A stretch of 64,000 nucleotides of DNA. It comes from Thalia democratica (taxonomy: Eukaryota). A model generated the notes under the pieces. The model worked only from the letters and a program-made list of their open reading frames with translations, had not been told where the DNA came from and did not search any database. The translations under genes and the position numbers were made by a program. The stretch spans positions 18,042,001-18,106,000 of the forward strand of contig OZ241829.1 of assembly GCA_965202585.1 (NCBI GenBank), given 5' to 3'. Positions 14,484 through 28,519 of the stretch are shown here, one piece after another; the first letter of the stretch is position 1, and the number at the start of each line of letters is the position of its first letter.

Positions 14484-14844
14484 CATGACAATTCAAATTC
14501 GGACGACTCAATTTCTAACATTAAAAATTCTTAAAAAACATTTTCAAAAGACTATATCTCAATATTTAATTTCGAAAAATAAAAAAAAATACATGTGTAG
14601 ATCTAAATAATATCTACGAAAAACTTTTTTATATTTTACAAAAACTAAATATTCTTCAAGATTTTTTAAAATTACTAAAATTAACTATGTTTTCAACTGA
14701 ACTTAGTCATATCTAAACTATCTAAATTTTGCATAAATCAAGACATAGATCTTTTTATATTGGACAAGTATACATTATTTTTTTTAGTTGTAATTTTTTC
14801 TATCATTTTTTAAAAATTTGAATTGTCAAGTTTGAATAGTCGTG
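14484..14844. mobile_element. Possible MITE with ~30-bp imperfect TIRs
   Basis: catgacaattcaaattcggacgactcaattt versus the reverse complement of the right end, cacgactattcaaacttgacaattcaaatt. No TSD seen. Confidence 0.3.
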
Positions 14845-15439
14845 CAACTCTTACACAGTTTTCTATTGAAGTTATTAAAAGTTTGTAACGTTGTTTGTTA
14901 TATAAAATTTAGGTGTAAAAACAAATCATATTACTTATCAAAAACAGGAGCAGTTTGTTTTGCTTAAACCGTTTCGTTACTTTTTATTATTAATCGTTAT
15001 TTTATAAACGGAGATGTTTTTAGTTTTTCTAGTATTTCAAGTTTAATAACTTCACTACCAAATTTATTTAAATATTAATCGACAACTTTGACAATATTTA
15101 TTTTACAATAAACTAAGAGCTTTAATGTAGTAATATCAATATTTTTAAGTTAGTAGCTCATTTCAACTTATAATTTTAACAAAGCTCCTTATATAAGGTA
15201 TTGTCAGCTTGATTGATATTACACTGTACGCTCATTCAATTAGTTTTAATAAGGGAGTACTTAAAGAAAACCGCCTTAAATGTAAAATAAATACAATTAT
15301 TTATTATAAGTAAAACAAGTTTATTTCAAATAAAAAAACACAAGAAAAAACCAAGTTATACATATCAAACAAATAGATTTAATTAAACAGTAATGTTCGT
15401 AAACAATTCAACTAAAAAGGTCTATTAATTTTTTTATTT

Positions 15440-15990
15440 AAACATTTTCGCGAAACAAAATTTATCAACACACTCAGGGTTGCGGTTGTTTCCGGAAATC
15501 CATGATTTTTCTATTACGTCATAACAAATAGAAAAAAGTCTACTTTTTTCCATAGGGTCTGAAAAGTCTTTCTTTACTGCTTGAAACACATGTATTTTAT
15601 AACCAACGGTATACACAACAACTTTTCGCGAATAATAGTCAATGTTTTCTATATGTGGGTTTATTTTCAATATTGCAAAGTTATATGAAAAACTATCAAA
15701 AATTTCACAATAATTGTTAAAAATCTAGCTATCACAAACATTTTTTTTCCTATGCTTACAATGCCATGACCATTTCTTTCTTTTAACATATCAGGAAGTT
15801 GTGCCCACTTATTTTCATAAAAGCAATATGCTTCAACAGATTTTAAAAAGTCAGCGGAAAATACACCAGTACCCAAACGTTTCTTTACAAACAACTATAC
15901 TGATGTCTTCTTGGGCACAATACCTTGTTTCATACAAAACAGACAACTTAACACCTTGCATTGTTTTAAAGCTAATACTAAATTGACTGT
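15440..15990 (-). pseudogene. Kelch-domain gene copy K4 (large internal deletion)
   Basis: The QARYCAQEDISIVVCK start joins almost directly (~15870) to LKSVEAYCFYENKWAQLPDMLKERNGHGIVSIGKKMFVIAR. The middle repeats seen in other copies are missing. Confidence 0.7.
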
Positions 15991-16849
15991 TTGACTTCAT
16001 TCAAATTTTTTTAATTAAACAGATTCAAAAACAACCTCTATCATGAAAATAAAATCGAAGCTAATGACTGAATAGTTTAAAAAATTTAAAAAAATTTATT
16101 ATTTAGTTGCTTAGTTTTTATTTAGTTTTTAAAAATTTAAAACTGAACATTATGTTAATAAACCGTGATATAAAATTGTTTTAATGTTATCCACAGTCAA
16201 AAAAACTTTTTATGTATAAATAAAAAATGCTGCTTAGTTTTTTAGTTAAGTTTTAAATAAATGTTGAACAGCGTTTTTTTTTTTTCTTCAAAAATTAATT
16301 TAATATTTCTTAAGTAAATGCTAAATGACAGAATCTAAAATTTAATTGCAAATCCTAATCATAAATACGAATACGTTTTATTGTTATGTATTTGTAAATA
16401 GTTTTTACTATTAATTGTTATTTTATAAACTCGTACATTTTATTCTTTCTAGAAACTAAATTTTAATAACTTCTATACATATTTTATTTTAACTTTATCA
16501 AAAACTACTAACAAAAAACATTTATAAAACTAATTTGGTCACTTTTGGAATCAGGGAGAAAATTTTGCAAGATTTAAATTTTTTTTTCTTTTTTTTTCAA
16601 CTGAGTAATCACTCGATTTTCAGCCCATTACTGCTCGTGTACTTTAAATAATTTTTTTTCAAACAATTTATAATTTCTTTAGTTTGAACATGCATTAGAA
16701 AAACTTCAAAGCGTAAAAAAATAAAAAATAAATGTTAATAAATAAAACTTTAACATAGAAAAATTAAATTTAGTTTTTTTTAAATTAATGTGCAGTGTTT
16801 TCTTACTACAAAACATTACTCCTCATACCAAAATGTAAACTTTTTAGTT

Positions 16850-17560
16850 TAATAAGATATAAGTTAAAGTTAACCTTTTAAAATATTTTTGAATTTAGTA
16901 AAAGTTGGAATGCTTCGGTTTAATGTTGGATAACAGTCGAGATTTTGTGTTTGTAGGTTCATGCAGAAAATAATTGTAATAAATGAAGTATAAAAAAATG
17001 CTAACTTATATGTGTGGCTTATGATATTAAAAATAATAAGTGTACTTACATAGTTTCAACAAATAAAAATAGAGAAAAATCGTCTTGTGCAATTTTTCGT
17101 GGCAAAATTGTTATAACTGGTGGTTTGATAAATGGAGTTCTAGGTAATTGTGCATAATCCACCGACCGTTTAAAATCTGTTGAAACATATAGCTTTCATG
17201 AAAATAAATAGACATATCTTTCTGATATGTTAAGGGAAAAGCTGGTAATAGCACTGTAAGCATGGGATACAAAATTTTTGTGATTGCTAGATGTTTTAGC
17301 ACTAGTTGTGAAGTATTTGATAGTGTTTCCAATAAGTTTACATCTCTAAATGACACTCCGTATATAGAAAACAATGACTGTTATTCGTCAAAAGTTGATG
17401 CTATTACTGTCGGTTATAAAATTTATGTGTTTAAAAAAGTTTTACACATTAAAGGAAAAAGAAAAACTTCAACTTTTAATTATGACGTAAATAACAATGT
17501 TTTATCTCTGCAGACAAGACTGAACATATTGATGATCTAGTTGCGCAAGGATGTTTAAAC
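16850..17560 (+). pseudogene. Kelch-domain gene copy K5
   Basis: cagtcgagattttgtgtttgtaggttcatgcagaaaata, aaatcgtcttgtgcaatttttcgtggcaaaattgttataactggtgg (SSCAIFRGKIVITGG) and ORF MGYKIFVIARCFSTSCEVFDSVSNKF. Frameshifted. Confidence 0.75.
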
Positions 17561-18211
17561 ATCGAAATAATTAATATTTATTAGATTTTTTTTTGTTAAG
17601 TAGCTTTTTGCACATGACTTCTTGTACGAAATGTTATATTAGTTTTGAATGTTAAAGTTTCCATTTGAGATCTTTTAATTAAAATAAAGTTGCCTTACTC
17701 ATGTTTTACTCATATTTATAATAATGGTTTCTTATAAAATAAAACTATAATAAGAACTTATATTTGAAGTCTAGTTATGTAATTAAAAAATTAAGTTTGG
17801 TACAGAATTGAAATTTTGTCTTCATAATACTTTGTATTAGTTTGGTTTGATGGACGGGTAAGTGACAAAAAACATCAAAGTGTTATACTAAGTACAAGTC
17901 ATTAAAAATTTAACGCTTTATACCAAGTGTTTCATTTTGTATAAACTATCTAAAATTACTAAATGGTTGATGACCTAAAGGACACAACATCGTTTTGTCC
18001 TTTAGATATGCTTATAATACCTTTTAGTTCTTTTTTTGTATTAGGTTTCTAACTACCACAGTTTCTGACTTAAGATGTCAATTTTAAGTATTTTATTTAG
18101 AAGAATATACTATACTTAAAAATTGAACTTTTATATATTATTTGTTTAATTTTTTGGTAAACTTACATTCTTGTTTCCTTAACATATCACTTAGTTAAAG
18201 TTTAAGATCCC

Positions 18212-19218
18212 ATCACATTAGTTCACAACAGTACAACTATCAAATAACAGTAGATCGCAACAATACAACTAAAATACCAAAGTAGACCCCAACACTACAA
18301 CTATCACATCACAGTAGATTGCAACAATACAACTAGCACATCACAGTAGACCGCAACGATACAACTATCACATCACAGTAGATTGCAACAACACAACTAT
18401 CACATCACAGTTGATTGCAACAACACAACTATCACATCACAGTAGATTGCAACAATACAACTAGCACATCACAGTAGACCGCAACGATACAACTATCACA
18501 TCACAGCTGTTTAAAAGTATAAAGTAATTCTTGATGCAGCTCCATAAAAACGAGCAGCAATTTAAAACTTGTTAAATGTTGTTCCCCGCTCAAAAATAAA
18601 ATTTTAAATAATTTTTGTTTAGTGTAAAAAGAAAAATCCAACAGCTATATTAGTATTTGAAAAATATAGAATATAAAACCTTCAATGTTAATTTTTGTCA
18701 TTTAATACTATTTGAAATTATAAACAATTAATTTTTTTTTCACGTTGTATTGAACATATTACAAATTACACTATATAATCATGACTTAAAACTAAATAAT
18801 TTTCTAATGTATGCTTAAACCAACTTTTAGTGTACAACTATTTGTGACTGTTGTCCGTAACCCTTTTGAGGTACAAATATCAAATCCCTGTTGTTAAATT
18901 ATTAAACAAAGCCATATTTTTGACTCAACTCTTTAAAACATTCAGTATTTTTTACAGTTGTCTGACGTTTACATAAAAATTTTTCTTAATGTCTTGGTTG
19001 ATTTGAAGTAACCATCGAAAAGCTTTTTCTAATAATTTTTATCTTCGTGTTTGTATCGTAGCGATCTAGTGTGATGTGATAGTTGTATTATTGTAATCTA
19101 CTGTGATGTGATAGTTGTGTTGTTGCAATCAACTGTGATGTGATAGTTGTGTTGTAGCAATCAACTGTGATGTGATAGTTGTATTACTGCAATCTACTGT
19201 GATGCGATAGTTGTAACA
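18212..19218. mobile_element. Foldback-like element, copy D
   Basis: 32-bp units (period measured 18305, 18337, 18369) at ~18212-18506, a ~550-bp spacer, and a reverse array at ~19058-19218. Confidence 0.65.
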
Positions 19219-20831
19219 TTGTGTGTAACTTGTATACATTTCGACCGGTATTGTAATAATGCTTGAACATAACAGAAACTTAAAGGATTTTGTGTTGCAT
19301 TAAGATTAATTTTAATTGATCTTAATTTTAATAAACTGGTATTATAACTCATTTGTATATATAAACACGGAAACACGGACTATAAATCCGTTTCTGTCAA
19401 AAAATTAAAAGCTATTTTTATTTATCTTTATTATACGTTGTTATTTCTTTAAAATTTAATTGATATTTAATTATTTCTTATAAATTTAATAAAATTAAGA
19501 GACATTTATAAGTTTTAACTTAGCTAAAAAAATTATAAAAAAGTAAGTGCGACATACTCAAGGTATATTTAGTATTTATTAAATGTTACTTTTTTAGAAT
19601 ACAATGTTTTAAATAGAATGCTTTGTTTTTACAGAAATACAAACTTAATCATTTTAAAACAAAAAAAACATACTCTTAATACAATATGTTTTATTTTGGA
19701 AACTGCATTGATATTTGATAATTATATAACAAAAAAAAACGTAACTAATTCTTTTAGATTAAAGTATTTGTTTAAAAGCATTTAAAAACATTTAAACTTT
19801 GCTGTCACTTTAAAATGAATTTATAAAAAAACAGATATAAAACAGTACTTACTTTTTAAAATTTACAATTTTGAAGATTTACATACAACAGCTTCATTAA
19901 GCCTGAGTTGTTTTATATAAATGATAACTTTAAAAATAAAAATAGCCTTTCATAGGACTACTTTATTACTTTTTTTTTGTAATTATTACCTTTAAAGCAA
20001 GAATGTTATAATTAGATTTTGAAAGGAATATTTTAAAGAATGCCTCAATGAATATTTATAAATATTTGATAAACATGTTCAGACTCTTTTAAGATTTACT
20101 GAATTATTTTTTTTAGATTACTTTATTAAAATGCTTATTTAAAGTAAGTAATTCTTTATTCAATGAAAAATATAATTAGAAAATAATACAAAATTTGATT
20201 TACGACAACTGTGAACTATATGTTATAAAATACTTAGTTGTAATACTATTTAAGTGTTATTAATAAAATGAAATTACGAGCTTTCGTCTTCTCGATTATT
20301 TAACTACTTACATTTACTTGAATACCAGAAATTTTTCTAACAACCTCATATATAATATGTAACAATATAACTAATTTACTGCAAAAAGATTCAATCAAAC
20401 AGGTTAATTAATATTGAGCAATGTAATTTTTTTATTTAATATAAGATAACATAAAAAAATTATTTAACTAAATTTAATTTCAATACTTAACTTTTTTCAT
20501 GTAGTGTTAAACAAATAACAACTCGCTGTATGATCAGAACCTAAAAATTAGAACTGTTAGAAATTTTCATAGGCTAAACTTCTTTGCCTTGACCATGGTC
20601 TATTTCTTAAAGTACTATTAGGATAAATAATAACGTCACTGATACTAATAAAACAACAGTCACAAACAAGCAATTATTATTAAGAAAGTTATTAATTAAA
20701 CAAACATTTTGTTTAATTTTAACATTTAAAAAATGAAGTTAATAAATAACAAAGAAATAGCTTCTTTATTATCTTTAAATCACTAGTCACCAATTTCTGT
20801 TTAAAAATTTATGTGTTATAAGTTATATTCT

Positions 20832-21790
20832 ATAAGCAATAACGAAACTATAACATCACAGTAGATCTTAACAATACAACTATCACATCACAGTAGATCG
20901 CAACGATGCAACTATCACATCACAGTAGTCCGCAAGGTTACAACTATCACAACACAGTAGATTGAAACAATACAACTTTCACATCACAGTAGATTACATC
21001 AATACAACTATCACATCACATTAGAACACATAGATAAAACACGTAGATAAAAGTTATTAGAAAAAGAATTCCTACAGCTAATTAAAATCGACCAAGACAT
21101 TTAAGAAAAACATTTATGTAAACGTAAGACAACTATTAAAAGAACTGAATCTTATGAATAATTAAGTCAAGAATATGGATCTCTTAAATAATTTAATAAC
21201 AGGGATTTTATTATTATAGCTCAATAGTGTTACGGACAACAGTCATAAGTAGTTTTAGACTAAAAGTTTGTTTATGCATAAATTTTTAAAATGTTTTACT
21301 ACTAAATTATGATTATATAGTTTAATTTGTAATATGTTCAATACTAGCAGAAGTAATATTCGACTTTTATAATAATTATAAATAAAATTAATTAACAATA
21401 ACTTATATTGGGTACTATTTATATTTGTCGAATACTAATATAACTGTTAAGTTTTTTATTTTGCTCTAAAACCAATTTATTTCAATTTTCATTTTTTGTT
21501 ATGGAAAAATATTTCCTAACTTCTTACTAAATCAATGCTCGTCTTTTATAGAATTGCGTCAAAGGTTAGTTCACTTTAAAACACCTGTGATGTGATAGTT
21601 GTAGTATTGCGATCTACTGTGATTGGTTAGTTGTATATATTGCGAAATACTGTGATGTGATATTTGTATCGATCTGATCTACCTCAATGTTAAAGTTATA
21701 TTGTTGTGATCTACTGTGATGTGATGGCTGTAGTGTTTCAATCTGCTGTAAAGTATAATTTGTATCGTTGCGATGTACTGTGATCTTGTA
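20832..21790. mobile_element. Foldback-like element, copy E
   Basis: Array ~20832-21022, spacer in the A/C orientation, reverse array ~21586-21790. Flanks are paralogous to those of copy A (~3600-4250 and 5420-5600). Confidence 0.65.
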
Positions 21791-22394
21791 CTTAATAAAT
21801 GAAACAAAATTAAACGAGTAAAATTTACAATAAAGTTTATAAAATGTTGTAACGTTGTTAGTTTATCCTGGTTTTTTATCTATATATAAATTAAGTCTTA
21901 GTTGTTAAACTTTGCTAGAGATTTATAAAAGTTTAGTAATAAGCTAAACAACTAAAAATTACTAATAAAAATAGATGCTGTCTTTAACTATTTAACATTT
22001 TTAATAATTTTCCTTATAAAATGTTACTTTTTTTGACATATTTTAATTTATTCAGCAATTATTTCTTGAATTTTTATACAGATTTTACGCAAACTACATA
22101 TACTTTAAAGTCAAAATGCTCAATTTAATTTTTTTTTAAGCTAAATGTCTATGATACTATCAAGTTTTAAAAAACTGGACTAAAGGCTCGCTCGGTTAGT
22201 TTTAAACAAATCATTTGTGAATAAAACCATCTTAAATTTACAACAATTCGATAATAAAAAAATATGTTTATAATTAAACAAACTCAGAATAAAAGTTTAT
22301 TTGCTCAAACCAAACAAATACTTTAAACGAGCAATCATGAACAAAAACCAGTTTAAGTTAAATATATATATCAATTTCAAAACTTCGATGTTTG

Positions 22395-23130
22395 AAAATA
22401 TTTGCTCAACTAAAACAATCAACGCATTCCGGGTCGCAGATATCTTTAAAATTCTTAGATTTTTCTTTTACGTCATAACCAAAAGTTGAAGTTCTTCTTA
22501 TTTTTTTATTGAGTAAAATTTTTTGTTATACTGCTTTTAACAAATAAATATTGTAACCAACAGTAATCACATCAACTATAGGCAAATAAAAGTAATTTTT
22601 TTCTATTTTTGGAATTCTATTAATAGATGTAAAAGTGTTTGAAATACTATCAAATACCTCACAAGCATTTTAATCTAGCAATCACTAACATTTTGTTTCC
22701 TGTACTTACAGTGCTGTGGGCAGAGTTTTCATTTATTATATTAGAAAGTTGTGTCCATCTATTTTCATGGAAGCAATATGCTTCATCAGATTTCAAAATA
22801 CCAGAAGACATGTAATTATCCAACCACAAGGTAGATCAGTTTTACCTTGAAATACGGTACAAAATGATTCTTCTCTGTACTAATTCATTAAAGCTATATA
22901 TGTCTAATCATTACATTTGCTATAATAATCCATACAATTTGTATCCAGAAAATAAAATATTTTTTGCATAACTACAAACACAAATATTTGACCGCTCATC
23001 TAACAATAAAGGCAATACATTAAAGCTGTTACTAGATCAAGAAAACTTTACAAATGAACTATTTTGCTGTCATTCTCAAAGTACATAAAAGTAGAACCAC
23101 TAACGACTAATTTTGATTCACATTAAATTT
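22395..23130 (-). pseudogene. Kelch-domain gene copy K6 (duplicate of K2)
   Basis: Colinear with 12420-13170. Contains gatgagcggtcaaatatttgtgtttgtagttatgc and tttgaaatctgatgaagcatattgc. No long ORF. Confidence 0.7.
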
Positions 23131-23244
23131 AAGTTTATTAAAGGAAACTAATTCAAAATAGAAAACTTACTAGTTTAAAACTAATAAAATTTCAGTTGTC
23201 ATAAAAAATAATTAAAAAAAAAAACTTTTTATTCAAACTTCAAT

Positions 23245-24200
23245 AATTAATCATCTTCGCACAACTAAAATAATTAAAACGTTCAGCGTTGCAGTTGACT
23301 TCAGAAGTCAAGAATTCTTGTTGTTTAAACAAGTTATACCTCATTCCATTAACTTTATAACTTTAAACACATGTATTTCATAACCACCAAATATGGTACT
23401 AGCGTTTGGCGAATAATCGGAATTTTCTTTACATGTAATTATATTATCCTGATTGAAAAGTTATTTCAAATACTATCAAAAACTTCACAATTATTGCTAA
23501 AGTATCTAGCAACTACAAACATTTTGTTTCCTATGCTTACAGAGCAATGGCCACATTTTTCTTGTATTACATCAAGAGTTGTTTACTTTTAATTTCATGA
23601 AAGCAATACGCTTCAACAGACATCAAAAGTACATGTACAAATACCTATACGTTTATCTATCCAACCAAGAGTAACGCCAATTTTGAATTGAAAAACTATA
23701 CAAGAAATATATTCTCTATTTATGTTCACTGAAACTATGTAATTCTACTCTTTACTTAAGCAACCGTAAGTCATACAAGAGTTAAGATTTTATTTTTTAC
23801 GTCCGTTAAGTACTATTATCCTTTGTATTAAAACACAAATACAAGTTTTAGATTGTTCATCCAATAACCAATGCAAAACATTCAAACTTTTGCTTAATTC
23901 AGAGAGATTTACAAATGAAGAAATTTTCTCTTATTCTGCAAATAGATGAAAGTCTCATACACCAATGACTAATTTTTGACCACGTCTGGTTTTCGGTAAA
24001 GAAAAAACAGATATTCTACTTGCTAAATATTTCAGACGGATAGGGTGTTCTAAAGGTTTCGTAATTCCATCTTTTCAAACATTTACTCTGATGTCTTCTC
24101 GACCACAGTTCCTTACTTGATACAAATTAGAAAACTTACCATTTAATTGTTTGCTATACTGTATGAAATGACTGTACGACTTGGTTCAAAAACAAATATA
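23245..24200 (-). pseudogene. Kelch-domain gene copy K7 (duplicate of K3)
   Basis: Colinear with 13290-14240, with disabling changes. Confidence 0.7.
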
Positions 24201-25949
24201 ATCAAGATTCACCAGTTTCATGAAAACATGAAGCTATTGATAATTATTAATGGTCTTAATACTTACTAATCTGTTTTGTTTACTAAAATTCATTGTGTTA
24301 TTAAACTAACTACTTTAACTTCAAAAGAAACTTATGATCAAATGTAAATATACTTTCTACTATACGCATTTAATTACGCAGTTTAAACAAACTTTTAACG
24401 AAAAGACCTTCTTAAATACACGACATATTTTGTTATGAACGTTACAAAATAGTTGTATCAGTACAATTTTTAAAGAAAAACTAAAAAAAAAAAATTAAAC
24501 AAATTGTGCTTCTTAAGCTTTAAAAAAAGATTATAAAAGTTCGTGTTAAATCATAATAAAATCAGAGTTTTTAAAAATAAAATCTAAACTACAAATTTAA
24601 GAAACAAGAAAACAAAATTACTAGATTAAACACTCTAAGCTCATACTAAGTTAACCGTTTAACCAGATTTGACATTAAATTTTATAACGATATTTCATTT
24701 TCTTTTTTAAAGTAAACATTTGTTTACTAATATTTTTGTTATTTACTACAAGCAATCTGAAAATGATAATTATTATACCGACCGTCTTTGATTAATTTCA
24801 AAAATTTTAGCAAACAGTATTTCTATAACTACATGCATCTTTTGAATTTAATAATTAACATTAATGTTATAACACAAAAACACTAGTAAAATTAATATTC
24901 AATTAATAAAAAAATAGTTACAAGTCACGCATTAAATCCCCTTGATAAATCTTAAGTTAAAATTTTATATGCTCTTCATCTGTAAGTAAATCTAAATTAT
25001 TAAAAACAAAAAAAATTATAACACAACGGTTTTAATAGTTCATTGAAATGTTAAATCAACTTTTAAAAAGTTTAAGTAAGAAAGCAGTTCACATTAATAA
25101 TTTATTAATGTGAACACGCTCTTTTGCTTTTTATATTTCGTTTTTATTTATTTTTTTTGTGGTATAGCATTGTAGTATAGTGAGATTATAAAATAAGGCG
25201 ACTTGCGAAAAAAAAAAGGTATTTTTAACAAACATTTTACAAAGTTTCACAAAGTTTAAAATATGATGATAAAGAGATGTGTCGTTTGTAAATTGAAAAC
25301 GAGTTCTTTTAAAAACATTAATCAAGTTCAAATATAAAAACTATGTTTTTTGTTTAACTAAACGAATAAATATATATAAAACAAATTACATCAGAACAAT
25401 CTTAATCAACAAGTGACTATATACTCATTGTGATTAAGAGCTTTCAAAACAAATTATATCCCCATTAAAATTTAACTTTTGCTATAAATATGTTAATCCT
25501 GACGAAATTGTTTATCTAAATTAATTACTTCTATAAGTTTTTTTCTAATTAAAGCAAAAAATTTGTGTAGTTTGTATTTTTTAGATTTACTAAGTTTTAA
25601 ATATACTTTAAAGGATAAATTTAATACAGTTTACAATCATACTCTACCAAAGATTTTTCAATTTTGTTTCAATTTAAATTAAGTAACATATTTCTAAATT
25701 TAGATAAAAATTAAAACGTTTGTTTGAGAATATAGTTTTTAATAGGAAACACCGTACGTTAGTTATGTTAAATCTAGAACTAGATACATCTAAATAAAAT
25801 ACTCTTGTTAACTAAGACAAAACTTTAAGAGAGTAAAAATACAAAGAATTTTTAGAGTTAAAAAAAAAACGCTTCTGATGCATGTCAAACTTTAAAAAAA
25901 AATCATGAATCTAAAATCAAAAAATATTAAAGGTAAAGGACACGGACAG

Positions 25950-26215
25950 CAATGGACTCGAAACCGAATGATTGAAGAAACAGAAGAAAACAGAAGTCCT
26001 TAAAAATTCCTGAACCCAAAAACTGACAGGAAAAGCTAAAAAAATCTCTTAATTTAGATACCAATGTAGCTGTAAAGACAAGCGACCCATAGTATCTTTC
26101 TCTGAGAAAATTAATAAGATTCTTGAGAAAGTATCGGGATTGACCAAAGATGAAATAAAAGTTGAGTTTGTAGAGATTTCAAGTTTTTATAAGCAGTTTT
26201 GTGATTACGGTGTCT
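25950..26215 (+). pseudogene. Degenerate coding segment, unidentified family, copy 1
   Basis: Frame-corrected reading ...NVAVKTSDP..SEKINKILEKVSGLTKDEIKVEF resembles the minus-strand copies at ~26690-28300 and ~43480-43900. Confidence 0.4.
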
Positions 26216-26689
26216 AATGTACATTACTATTAGTGGTAGTTATTTTTGTGAACGCAATTTATTTTCAATGTGTTTTTTATTTTATATAAATTTATTAAGG
26301 AACTTGTTTTCCTAAGATGATTTTTATATGAAAAAATTCGAGTAATTTTTTATATAAAGTACTTTTATTTTAAAATGTTTATATCAAGCACAAATGGAAC
26401 GCCATGGTAAATAAATCGTGTTTGCTTGGATGAAATATTAAAGTTGATTTATAACAAAAACTAAATTAACTAATTAATAAAAGTGTTATATGTAGCCTTT
26501 CAATAAATGTTTTAAAGACAAATATTAAAAAATTATCAAAATAAACAAAAAGAGACAACACTTTTTTGTCTATAATGCAAAAGCGTTGCTTTTTTGCTAA
26601 ACAATTTAAATATACTTTTTAACCTATGGTTTAGTTAGATAGACTTTAAACTTACACTAAAATTATTTTGAATTTTGAATTAGTTTTTA

Positions 26690-28300
26690 TTTCATCGTCG
26701 GATCTATTCTTTGATGTAACTTCAAAGCCTTCCATTAACTTGGAGGTGACTGCAAAGTCTGTATTAACATGTATATCGTCAGTCTTTCTTGATTTTTTCA
26801 AGAGATTCTTAAATCTTCTTAGAAAGAAAAACTATGAGGATCAATAAAGTTGCCTTTCTTCGAAGCTTTATCGTTGTTGGACACATATGCAAAATCTTAT
26901 TTTGTCTTGTGTCCAAATTTTGATACTTTTAAGAAATTAATGTTTTTAACTTGATATTATATTTTTCTTTAATAAAACAACAAATAAATATAGTAAAACT
27001 AATTCCCGAAAAAAAAATATTTTTCACAAACAAAATAAGTACTAGTTAAAATAACTTTTGTTTTTATTTCTTGATTGAACTGGAAATTGCTTGTTTATTG
27101 GTGTGGCTAAGGGAAAATGAGAGAATTAAATGAGAGATCAAGTGATCTACATTCCAAAGTCCAGGATAATGAGAGAATCAAATGAGAGATCGCGTGATTT
27201 ACGGAAATTCTAAAAAAAGAATCGGAAAACTATAAATACGCCCAATCAGAGCGTGAAGCAGGTCATTTTTACCTCGAAACAAACACGAAGCGACACTCTG
27301 CTGCTCGCAATTTTGAGCGTTAGCAACCATCTTGGAAAAGCTGGATGACATTCGAGAAAACCTTCTTATTAAACATTTCGACGGGGCGAACAACTCGATT
27401 TGAGATGTTAACGTGCTATACTCATAAGCCTACGCATACTGTAGCAGACAACTTCTTTGGATCAATTTGATTACTGAATTCCACGATTGAGTCTTCAGCG
27501 TTCAAAGAAACAAAATTAAACATTCATCTTATCGAGCAAGCCTACACAGACTGTGGTGTCAACCTTAGCTACACTTCTACGAACAAGTTGTTTTCGTACT
27601 TTTAATTAATTCTGTCGTAATACTTATACATATTTATATTATCGTATCTACTTACTATTGTACTTGTAATGTAATATTTTTACATATTTTCATCATCGTG
27701 CCTATTTAATATTGTATTTTATCGCCACGCTCCGATTACGGAAAGGTACCGAAAGAAGACCAAGCAAACGTTCATCAAGATTCTGTACACGAGACGGACC
27801 AACGTCGAGTGCCAGAAACTGAGCGACCGGAGACCAGTGACACGTCAAGGAGGGAATCAAGAGCACGTTTCTCTTCTAATTATTAACTTTAAGTGTTTAG
27901 ACTTATTGAGAGCTGTCATTGCGTTTATTTGTACATAATAAAATAACACTACTTATTTTTATTATATTTAGTTATAAAAATTATATAGTTATGTCCTTAA
28001 AACCCCTAAAAAAAGCATCAGTCTTAAAAGTGCCACACACACGTTCGCGCACCGAAATGAGTTGTTCCGAGACTACTGCTAACCTGGAATCTGATGAGAT
28101 TGTCGAGCCTGAGACCGAGGCAATTTCGAAGGAAATCAGTGAGGCTCCTAGTGCGGGTAACAATATCGTTATTTGTTTTAAAGAAAATTTTTTGCTTTAC
28201 GGTCACTTTTGGTCACTTTTGGAATCAGGGAGAAAATTTTGCAAGATTTTAATTTTTTTCTCTTTTTTTTTCAACTGAGTAATCACTCGATTTTCAGCCC
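26690..28300 (-). pseudogene. Degenerate coding segment, unidentified family, copy 2 (split by the 26874-28163 insert)
   Basis: Minus strand reads ...PDSKSDQKVTVKQK.. | KASKKGNFIDPHSFLSKKI*ESLEKI..TDDIHVNTDFAVTSKLMEGFEVTSKNRSDDEIKT. DNA is colinear with 43650-43900. Confidence 0.45.
26874..28163. mobile_element. Solo-LTR-like insertion (1290 bp)
   Basis: Termini TTGTT...AACAA, flanked by TATCG on both sides (26869-26873 and 28164-28168). Absent from the paralogous site near 43808. GC-richer than the host, with a TATAAATA box (~27229) and an internal short direct repeat (gagaattaaatgagagatc x2). Confidence 0.6.
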
Positions 28301-28519
28301 ATTACTGCTCGTGTACTTTAAATAACTTTTTTTTCAAACAATTTATAATTTCTTTAGTTTGAACATGCATTAGAAAAACTTCAAAGCCTAAAAAAATAAT
28401 CAATAAATTTTAATAAATAAAACTTTAACATAGATAAATTAAATTTAGTTTTTTTTAAATTAATGTGCAGTGTTTTCTTACTACAAAACATTACTCCTCA
28501 TACCAAAATGTAAACTTTT

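Larger units (their letters stand above)
12300..14490. repeat. Segmental duplication unit (K2+K3), second copy at ~22260-24425
   Basis: Colinear similarity from ttataattaaacaaactcagaa to cttaaatacatgaca in both copies. Confidence 0.8.
16534..22500. repeat. Segmental duplication unit (~6 kb), second copy at ~28208-33650
   Basis: Colinear from ttggtcacttttggaatcagggag through kelch K5/K8, foldback D/F and E/G. The second copy has a ~160-bp insertion (~30957-31117) and a ~600-bp deletion (at ~32400). Confidence 0.85.

Noticed and set aside
18212-18506. 32-bp arrays (here and elsewhere) as CRISPR arrays or coding repeats
   Set aside because: No spacers, the period is not a multiple of 3, and there are no sustained ORFs.
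27919-28278. 119-aa ORF and overlapping minus ORFs as a host gene
   Set aside because: The ORF starts at TTG and crosses the insert boundary at 28163 into unrelated flank, so it is chimeric.
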